From: a virus
Lineage: Duplodnaviria > Caudoviricetes
Virus record (IMG/VR): IMGVR_UViG_3300028175_000001
Direction: 5' to 3' (one strand)
DNA: 64,000 bases
The translations under genes and the position numbers were made by a program. The notes under the pieces are model-generated. The model saw nothing but the letters and a program-made list of their open reading frames with translations. It did not search any database and was not told the origin of the DNA. Positions 56,751 through 64,000 of the stretch are shown here, piece after piece (position 1 is the first letter of the stretch; every line of letters starts with the position of its first letter).

Positions 56751-56776
56751 TTATTATTCCTGCACTCATCTACGGA

Positions 56777-58459
56777 TCAATCTACAAAATTTTCATCATC
56801 TTCTAAAACAGAAAAAAGAATATCATTTACTTTATCTTTAATATCATTTTCTTTTTTCGCAAATTCAAATTTTTCTTCAATCTTTTTATCAATATTTTCA
56901 TTAATTTCTTGTTTATTGTGTGTATCTATTTTTACAGAATTGAACTGCATATTATCTTCTCCCGAAAATCTAGGATCATCAGTTTCTTTTTGAATTTGCT
57001 CATCATTAGTTTTAATTTCATCATCGGTCATCATTAAAACATGTTTTCTAATATATTCATGAGACCAATATTTTCCAGCATATTCTTGTAAATCTCTTAA
57101 AATATTCAATCTATCTTGCATAAGTTCATTCTGTTTTATTTCTACAAAATGACTATCATTTTCAAATTCATAATATATTTCATTTTTAATATTCTTCCAA
57201 TCTTCTTTAGACATTATTCCCCTGAGGATCAACTGTCTTTCCATCATTTCATCAAACAGTAAACTAAATCTACTTTGAAGTTTATTAACAAATCGTGTAA
57301 ATTTAACTTCATCTCTTGAAATTTCAGTAGCACGACCAATCGTATAGTTTGCTTCTGATTCAAGTCTAGAAATAGGAACACCTAGTGATTTATAAAGTTT
57401 TTTCTGAAAATATAATACATCTTCAATATCTCCAAGATTATTACCACCGGGCAAAGTTGTAATTTCTGTTCCTCTCCCACCCTCTCTTCTTGGCATCCAA
57501 TAATCTTCAAGCATTGACATATGTTTTCTATCATCTCTAACCTCACCCGTTTGAGCATCATATACAAGTTTGTTTTTGTATCGTGTCATTAAATCACGCA
57601 TGTATTGTTCTGCTTTTAACTTGGGTAAATTTCCAACATCAACATAAAAAATTCTTCTCTCTGGGGCTCGTGAAATACGATAAATTACGAGAGAATCCTC
57701 GATCATTCTTAATTGATTTAATGGTTTGATTGCTTTGTGTAGGTAGGACAAAACTAATGTACGTGTACTATTCATTAGTCCTGAATGTGTATATATAATC
57801 GCATCAGGAGCTATTTTTAAACCACTGGCGGCACTTGTAAAAGCAGTACCCATTGTCTGCCCCTGTGATTGATATATTCCTTTTTGATTATAAACATAAT
57901 ATTCCTCGACAGTAGTTTTTGAGGTACCATCAGATTGTCTATCGGTTTTCTTTTCACGAATTTTCTTTATTTTTCTAGGGTCTAATACTCTTAATTCGTG
58001 AATTCCTTTTTCTAGATTATTTTCATCAACAACAACATGATAATAAATTCGACCATCAATATACCATCTTTTAAAAACATCGTGTCCTAAATTTTGTAAA
58101 TCTAGAAGTTTGCTTATTTGCTTAAATTCTACTCTTATTTTGTCTCTGATACTTTCAGAGATATTTAAGTTGTCTACATTAATTCTTACAAGGGGCTTGT
58201 CTTTGGAGGCTACAATGGCTTCATTAATTATATCATCAATGGCATTTTCTACTTCTGCTTGAAGACCCATATCACGATATCTGTTTATTAACTCAGATTC
58301 GCTTTTTATGGCTCCTGCCTGATCGACATATGTTCCATAAGCACCACCAGATGCTACGGTTAATGATCCATCTTCATATTCTGGTTCAGCGAAGGTTTGG
58401 GCTTTTACGGTTTTCTTTTCGGTTTTTCCGAGCGAAAAACCGAACAATTCAATGGGCAT
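56777..58459 (-). CDS. 20: Portal protein (gp20)
   Basis: MPIELFGF, WYIDGR, LHKAIKPLNQLRMIEDSLVIYRISRAPERRIFY and EDYWMPRREGGRGTEI; extended acidic C-terminus. Confidence 0.97.
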   Translation of the reverse strand: MPIELFGFSLGKTEKKTVKAQTFAEPEYEDGSLTVASGGAYGTYVDQAGAIKSESELINRYRDMGLQAEVENAIDDIINEAIVASKDKPLVRINVDNLNISESIRDKIRVEFKQISKLLDLQNLGHDVFKRWYIDGRIYYHVVVDENNLEKGIHELRVLDPRKIKKIREKKTDRQSDGTSKTTVEEYYVYNQKGIYQSQGQTMGTAFTSAASGLKIAPDAIIYTHSGLMNSTRTLVLSYLHKAIKPLNQLRMIEDSLVIYRISRAPERRIFYVDVGNLPKLKAEQYMRDLMTRYKNKLVYDAQTGEVRDDRKHMSMLEDYWMPRREGGRGTEITTLPGGNNLGDIEDVLYFQKKLYKSLGVPISRLESEANYTIGRATEISRDEVKFTRFVNKLQSRFSLLFDEMMERQLILRGIMSKEDWKNIKNEIYYEFENDSHFVEIKQNELMQDRLNILRDLQEYAGKYWSHEYIRKHVLMMTDDEIKTNDEQIQKETDDPRFSGEDNMQFNSVKIDTHNKQEINENIDKKIEEKFEFAKKENDIKDKVNDILFSVLEDDENFVD

Positions 58460-58472
58460 GATATTTCCTGAA

Positions 58473-58525
58473 TGCGAGTGAGTAAAAATAATACAATACT
58501 ATTAATTTATATTTATTCACTCGCA
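58473..58525. promoter_or_regulatory. 14-bp inverted repeat enclosing a late-promoter-like TATAAATT, between genes 19 and 20
   Basis: TGCGAGTGAGTAAA (58473-86) / TTTATTCACTCGCA (58512-25), one mismatch, 25-nt loop. Confidence 0.55.
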
Positions 58526-58545
58526 AAATCAGAAAATTGAGATTT

Positions 58546-59133
58546 TTATGCAGAGGCACCAATAGAAATAGTATCCGCTGTTCCTTTACCGCCTGTTTGA
58601 CTGCTCTTTGTTCGACTCCAGTAATCATAAGAGAAAGTTACGGTATATTCTTCAATAGTATCGTTATCTCCCCAATCAAGAGTGATTTCTGAAAGATCAG
58701 TTGGAAACATACCATGAAAGCTATATGATGCAGTTACTTTTGAACTACCAGATTTACTAAATTGTTGAACGTTCCCCACTAATGCATAAGCACTAGATGA
58801 ATCACCCGTTTGTCTTGTATTCGTAACATGATCGTTTATACCGTTCATCCACTTTTCAAATTGCGATCTTATAGCAAAATTTTCATCATTAATAACTGTT
58901 ATTGTCCATTCTGGAAAAGTTCTATTTCCTGCTAATTTAACTTCTCTACCAAAATAAGGAACCACAACAGTTCCTATTGTGGTACCGGGTATTGAGGTCC
59001 CTTTAGCAAACAGGTTTATATCAGTTCCATTAAAAAAACTAGCGGAACCATGTGGAATCTTAACCTCAAATAAATTAGGTCTTTGACCATCATAGACCAG
59101 GGCCTGTCTAAAAGTTGTTATATCGAATGCCAT
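58546..59133 (-). CDS. 19: Tail tube protein (gp19)
   Basis: RPNLFEV, YFGREVKLAGNRTF.EWT.T and FSYDYW. Confidence 0.95.
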   Translation of the reverse strand: MAFDITTFRQALVYDGQRPNLFEVKIPHGSASFFNGTDINLFAKGTSIPGTTIGTVVVPYFGREVKLAGNRTFPEWTITVINDENFAIRSQFEKWMNGINDHVTNTRQTGDSSSAYALVGNVQQFSKSGSSKVTASYSFHGMFPTDLSEITLDWGDNDTIEEYTVTFSYDYWSRTKSSQTGGKGTADTISIGASA

Positions 59134-59144
59134 CTATTTTCTCC

Positions 59145-61466
59145 TTAAATTGCGTTGACTACTTCAGAAAATTCAACTCCTGAAGCCACTGCGACAAAGT
59201 TTAATCCAATGAAATTAATTGATTTAGTCGGCTTGATAAAAATATCTCCCCTAAACTCATTTCTATTTATCACCACAGGTGTATTATTTGTGCTGTCACA
59301 TATTACTTTAAAATCCTCTATTCCCCTTTGTGACTGAATATCCCTTAAAAAAGGTTCTATCATAGAAACAAAATTTAATCGTGTAAAATCATCATTAAAT
59401 TCAAACAATAAATTTTCAGCGGCATTTGCTATAGCTTTTTCTAAAATAATAAACAATCTTCGTACATTAATTCTATCAAAAGAAGATGGCCTCGCTAACA
59501 TTGTTTTATCACCAAATAAAATTTTACCTTTTCCAGGAAATGATGCTATTGGATTAATACCATTTATATACAGATCGTCTCTTTCCCCTCTATTGGGAAC
59601 AAATGCTAAAAATTCTGCTCCTTTTATATTTCCTCTGGCAAACCCCGCAGGCGAAACATAAGGATTAACATTATCCGCTTGGGCGCAAATTCCAGCAACA
59701 TCAGCATTGAATGGAATCCATCTATAAACAGAGTTATACCTGTCAAATATGTATTTGTAATTTCCATCCATAACAGCATAACTTGTGCTTGGTAAAGTAT
59801 TTCTTCTAGCAACTATATTTGTTATTTCAGAACCTTCTTTATTTACAACATCTGACTCTTCCGGAGAAATAAACACAACACAATCTTTTCTGGTTTCTGC
59901 TATTTCATTAATTAAATAGGTAGCTAAAGTATTTGATGCTTCCCCCGAAATCAATAAAGAAATATTTATTTTCGCAGGATCTTTGAAATAACTATAAGCA
60001 GTAATTTCATCTGAAGATGAAGAACTATGTCCATCAACACCGCCCGACATACTAGCAGTCATAATTCCGTTTGCACCAGAATCACTAAATGCTCCGGGAA
60101 AACTAGCTGAATCATTTCCTGTGACAATAGTAGCACCCCAATCATAAGTAATTTTATTAGATCCGGCATCAAGAGGAGCATCTCCTGTACTATCGTGATC
60201 TGTCCATCTTATATAATTAGAAGAATTGTTTATTGCATCTTTATAATAGAGAGTTTGACCGGTAGTTCCTGTGGCACCATTTGCTACAGATACACCTTCA
60301 TATTTTTCAATGACTTGTTTTTCTGGATTATTTCCGCGAACATCTTTTGATCCTAAAATTTCACCACCTTCATCTACTATTGCAACATGTATTTCATCTC
60401 CAACAGATGCCGATCCAGTAATATTATAAGCATACACACTTGTAAGAGGCGCAGATCCAAAATCAGACGCAAATTCCCATTCCCTTTTCCAGGTACCACC
60501 ATATAAAGCGGCTGTTGTTACCGCCCTATCTAATTTAGTTGCAACGCCCATTGACGTTGAATTTGTAATAGACGATATTCTTCTTTTATTCTCTACTCCA
60601 TCATCATCTTTAAAGGTAATAATGTCTCCTAAATGCAATTGCCGAGTAAAATTAGTATCTGTTCCTGTAATAGTAGTTGATCCTGCAGAGACAGAAAGAT
60701 TACCAAGCATATTTACTGCTGGCTCTTCGAAGGCAGATCTTTTTTTTCTTACAAGACTTGCACCTGACATAGCGACATCATCCCCCATACCCGTAGTCTC
60801 TAGTCCACCAGTGGCCTGTGAAATTGTTATTGCGGTGTTAGACGTGATTGCCGTTACTATTCCGCTATTAGAACCATGAACAACTACATCACCAATTCTC
60901 AATTCTGTATCTGCTAATGTACCAACACCAGTAAGACCTGTTGTAGCATTAGAATTGGACCATGTACCCGTAAGATTCCAGTCGGTGCTACTTGCATGAG
61001 AAACAGTGCCATCAGAAGCATTAACTTGTGTACTTGTTCTATCCGCAACACACATAGAAACTTTTATTGAATTACCAAGTGTTCCTGGATATTTTGACGT
61101 AAAACTTGTTCCTGAAGTTGTCGTGTCCTTATATGTATTTTGATATTCTTTATCATTGCGAATTAAAATTGCAGAACCACCTGATACTGCATTTTTAGCA
61201 GTCGATGTATTAGCCGCTCTAACAACTCTTAACTTATTCGAATAACTCAAAAAACTTGTAGCACTAAAAAACGTTTTATACGTATTAGCATTCGGTTTTC
61301 CAAACACACCAACCATTTCATCTTCAGAAGTAATTAATGTAGCAACCTCCAAGGGCCCCCATGTTAAGTTACCTGCTATTGCACCATCTGAAATAGAAGG
61401 AATAGGAACTCTAGTAGTTAAATCGATCTCTGCTACGGCTACGCCTGGGCTAACTTGAAATGCCAT
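59145..61466 (-). CDS. 18: Contractile tail sheath protein (gp18)
   Basis: FQVSPGV, FLSYSN.LRVVR, SPAGFARG, GDKT and FDRINVRRLF. Confidence 0.97.
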   Translation of the reverse strand: MAFQVSPGVAVAEIDLTTRVPIPSISDGAIAGNLTWGPLEVATLITSEDEMVGVFGKPNANTYKTFFSATSFLSYSNKLRVVRAANTSTAKNAVSGGSAILIRNDKEYQNTYKDTTTSGTSFTSKYPGTLGNSIKVSMCVADRTSTQVNASDGTVSHASSTDWNLTGTWSNSNATTGLTGVGTLADTELRIGDVVVHGSNSGIVTAITSNTAITISQATGGLETTGMGDDVAMSGASLVRKKRSAFEEPAVNMLGNLSVSAGSTTITGTDTNFTRQLHLGDIITFKDDDGVENKRRISSITNSTSMGVATKLDRAVTTAALYGGTWKREWEFASDFGSAPLTSVYAYNITGSASVGDEIHVAIVDEGGEILGSKDVRGNNPEKQVIEKYEGVSVANGATGTTGQTLYYKDAINNSSNYIRWTDHDSTGDAPLDAGSNKITYDWGATIVTGNDSASFPGAFSDSGANGIMTASMSGGVDGHSSSSSDEITAYSYFKDPAKINISLLISGEASNTLATYLINEIAETRKDCVVFISPEESDVVNKEGSEITNIVARRNTLPSTSYAVMDGNYKYIFDRYNSVYRWIPFNADVAGICAQADNVNPYVSPAGFARGNIKGAEFLAFVPNRGERDDLYINGINPIASFPGKGKILFGDKTMLARPSSFDRINVRRLFIILEKAIANAAENLLFEFNDDFTRLNFVSMIEPFLRDIQSQRGIEDFKVICDSTNNTPVVINRNEFRGDIFIKPTKSINFIGLNFVAVASGVEFSEVVNAI

Positions 61467-61506
61467 ATTGTTTCTCCCCTAAATTATTAAAAAATTGCTT
61501 TCGTTA

Positions 61507-61514
61507 TATTTATA
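61507..61514 (-). promoter_or_regulatory. T4-type late promoter TATAAATA
   Basis: Exact consensus upstream of gp18. Confidence 0.75.
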
Positions 61515-61562
61515 TTTTAGCAGATTTTAGAAATGTTTTATTTATTCTAATATAAATAAAAC

Positions 61563-61985
61563 ATGGAGAAAGCAAAATCGAGATTTGAAAAAAAAATTAT
61601 AAAGACAAATGATTGCTGGTTTTGGGTTGCAAGTAAAACAAAACAGGGGTATGGTATGTTTTCGTATGAAGGAAAATCAATTCCTGCTCATAGATTTGCA
61701 TATATTGCATATAATGGAGTCATTGAACAAAATAAAATAGTACACCAGTCTTGCAATAATACATACTGTGTAAATCCAAACCATTTATATTTAACTACAA
61801 AAAGCGAAACAAGGAACAGATTTTATGAACTAAGAATTAATCCTGAAATGGTATTTAAAGAATCTGTGAGATATTTGGATAAATTGAAAAAACTGAGACC
61901 CGATTTAAAATCAAGTATAATTGAATTAATAAATCAAATAAAAGATCCTAAAAACATTCATCAAATCAATGTAGATAATCAGTAG
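61563..61985 (+). mobile_element. HNH homing-endonuclease-like protein, apparently degenerate
   Basis: CWFW...GYG...AHR...CNNTYCVNPNHL; the only + strand gene; overlaps the gp17 3' end by 20 nt. Confidence 0.75.
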
Positions 61986-63618
61986 AATATTTCGTATCTA
62001 CTATCCATTTTTCACCGCCCATATCAACAACTTCTGGATCATAAGAATTTCTACCATCATTTATATATCCGAAAGGAATCAATTGAGATTCCGCTTCGTC
62101 TAACTGATCTTTAAACATTTTTTCTCGTAAATCTAAATCTGTAACTTCTGTAAAATATTGTTGATTTACAAGCCAACCAAACAGTATTAAAGTCGTCATC
62201 AAATCATCATGATATCCTTCGTCAGCTTCGTAACTAGATCCTTTGGCTATATATGTTGTCATTTCAGAAATAGTATCAAGATCCCAAATGATTAATTTGT
62301 CTCCTTCTATCAAATCTTTGCAACTAGAACACCCCTTTCTTTTAACTTCTTTTGTGGTTCTAATTCCCAATTGCGAAGTTTTACCAAATCCCCCACCCAA
62401 AGTTTGACCAGATCTTCCCATTACACTTGTTTGAAAAATATTAGGATATTCTAACTCGTAATGTAAAATATCTGCTACTTGACCGCCGATGTCATTTATT
62501 TCGACCAAAATATATGCATGATTATAATATTTACATACATTATCAATAACAGTTGGCAATAACATTGGAGAAATATTTGGATCTCTATATTTTGCAACTT
62601 GCTGATATGGAAACTGAGAAACATCAATTATCGAAAAGGCAGAATAATCTTGTCCTCTGCCTCTTGCAACATCAACTATACAAACATAAGAATGTGTAGG
62701 ATCTGGTTCGACATAGACATCTAAACTATCTTTCTTTATAATAGGGGGTTTATATGGCAGAGTTTTTAATTTTGAAGGAGAAATTAAAGTATTTTGTGAA
62801 CCAATAAAATCACACTCGTATTCTTGTGAAAACTGCAATTCACTTGTATTTCTTATCGTTTCTTCTTTCCATGCTTGATCTCTTCCTGGAGTCTGAGACC
62901 AATGAACTTCTAACGGAACATAATCACTTCTTCCCTCGTCTGCATCAACCCACATTTTATAGAACATATTTAATCCCTTCGGGGTTGATACAATAAACAC
63001 TTTAGTTGTATTACCAGAAGAAATTGTAGGATATACAGAATTAAAAAACTCTTCTGCCAACCTTGGTGGATCAATATGAGCAAACTCATCCATGAAGATG
63101 ATGTTAAAAGATGATCCACGAACTGCGGAGGAAGATGTGGAAGCAGATATAACTTTACTACCGTTTTCTAATTCAATATTTCCCCTGTTCCAAACAACAA
63201 CTCCTTGTTGCAACCATTTTGGTAAATTTTCATAAGCAGTTTTTAATCGTTGAAGAATCTCTCTTGAAGTAGAGCCCTTATTAGCTAATATAGCAATATT
63301 AGATTGAGCATTAAAAAGAGCGTAATGTAATAAGTAAGCAACAATTGTTGTTGATTTTCCAGTTTGTCTAGGCATTTTACAAATAACAAACCGATTATCA
63401 TGCATTGTCTGAACAAGTTCTTCTTGATAACCATAAAGATCAAAGGGCATCAATCCATGGTCAACATGAATAATTTTCATGTAGTTTTTTGCAAAATATA
63501 CAGGATCATTAGAGCATTTAAGATACTCTTCTAAAGTATCTTTGTCATATTCTATTGGAATATATGCCGCTTTAAGTAATGGATTTCCTGCATAATTTTG
63601 TATACGGTCTATCGCCAT
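61966..63618 (-). CDS. 17: Terminase large subunit (gp17)
   Basis: MPRQTGKST, IELENGS, FMDEFAH, IVSTPKG, FSQEYEC, DVARG and HDDL. Confidence 0.97.
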   Translation of the reverse strand: MAIDRIQNYAGNPLLKAAYIPIEYDKDTLEEYLKCSNDPVYFAKNYMKIIHVDHGLMPFDLYGYQEELVQTMHDNRFVICKMPRQTGKSTTIVAYLLHYALFNAQSNIAILANKGSTSREILQRLKTAYENLPKWLQQGVVVWNRGNIELENGSKVISASTSSSAVRGSSFNIIFMDEFAHIDPPRLAEEFFNSVYPTISSGNTTKVFIVSTPKGLNMFYKMWVDADEGRSDYVPLEVHWSQTPGRDQAWKEETIRNTSELQFSQEYECDFIGSQNTLISPSKLKTLPYKPPIIKKDSLDVYVEPDPTHSYVCIVDVARGRGQDYSAFSIIDVSQFPYQQVAKYRDPNISPMLLPTVIDNVCKYYNHAYILVEINDIGGQVADILHYELEYPNIFQTSVMGRSGQTLGGGFGKTSQLGIRTTKEVKRKGCSSCKDLIEGDKLIIWDLDTISEMTTYIAKGSSYEADEGYHDDLMTTLILFGWLVNQQYFTEVTDLDLREKMFKDQLDEAESQLIPFGYINDGRNSYDPEVVDMGGEKWIVDTKYSTDYLH

Positions 63619-63998
63619 TATTGTAACTCGTAATTTACCAAACCCTGTTTTGCTGTGAAATCTGTGGCACCCGACATTGATCCTAAAATTTTCAATGAAG
63701 CAGTTTTAGGAGAAACCATTTTAATATCAACAATTCCCCTTCTCCATTTAGTTTTACTTAAATTTGCTTGATAAAAATCTTTACCACCAATTATATCACC
63801 AATATATTTTTTTGATAGAGAATCATTATTTAAACTACTTGCCACAGAATAATTAAAAAAAGAAGTAATAGTAAAAGGATAATTGTCTTTTATTGTTTGT
63901 ATCACTTTGCTTTTTCCATCAAAATGACCTTTCTTTATAAAATAGTCTTCTATTGCCTCTATTACAACATCAAGTTCTTTATTTTCTTTCGATGAAAG
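63618..63998 (-). CDS. Hypothetical protein, 5'-truncated by the window edge
   Basis: The frame stays open upstream of the track's GTG (63905) to the edge: LSSKENKELDVVIEAIEDYFIKKGHFDGKSKVIQT... Confidence 0.6.
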   Translation of the reverse strand, partial: LSSKENKELDVVIEAIEDYFIKKGHFDGKSKVIQTIKDNYPFTITSFFNYSVASSLNNDSLSKKYIGDIIGGKDFYQANLSKTKWRRGIVDIKMVSPKTASLKILGSMSGATDFTAKQGLVNYELQ

Positions 63999-64000
63999 AG

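Noticed and set aside
1-64000. Genome-wide stop-codon reassignment to explain the two in-frame post-stop ORFs
   Set aside because: Conserved core genes are full length in the standard code, and TAA, TGA and TAG all occur as gene ends.
1-64000. tRNA or rRNA genes
   Set aside because: Intergenic gaps are short and I found no cloverleaf or T-loop GTTCRA context by eye. tRNAscan-SE or ARAGORN would be decisive.

Overview
This 64 kb window is a very AT-rich segment of a T4-like (Kyanoviridae-type gene order) myophage genome. Every credible gene is on the minus strand except one degenerate HNH ORF. In transcription order (right to left) it contains gp17 terminase, gp18 sheath, gp19 tube and gp20 portal, then a ~22.5 kb insertion, then the prohead core genes, gp21, gp22 and gp23. 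These are followed by glycosyl/methyltransferases, gp3, uvsY, uvsW, gp55, gp47, gp46, def, a PP-loop protein and C5-methyltransferase pair, VWA and MoxR(CobS-like), gp45, gp44, HtrA, gp62, regA, dut, hsp20, an M15 peptidase, gp43, uvsX and gp41. The most notable part is the insertion (34.3-56.75 kb), which splits the normally contiguous portal-to-prohead operon with a tightly coupled run of genes. It holds a 1298-aa Gly-X-Y fibre, a protein ending in 12 tandem C[ND]C[ND][FH]CP heptads, three radical SAM enzymes, an Asp/Asn-hydroxylase-like oxygenase, ACP, an SDR, a type III PKS, AcpS, three membrane desaturases, and IPNS-like, TauD-like and Rieske oxygenases, plus several orphans. It reads as a hybrid peptide-modification and lipid/polyketide biosynthetic cluster co-transcribed with virion genes. 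That role is inferred, not demonstrated. No tRNA, rRNA or CRISPR array was seen. Product calls come from motif recognition and synteny only; no database search was run.
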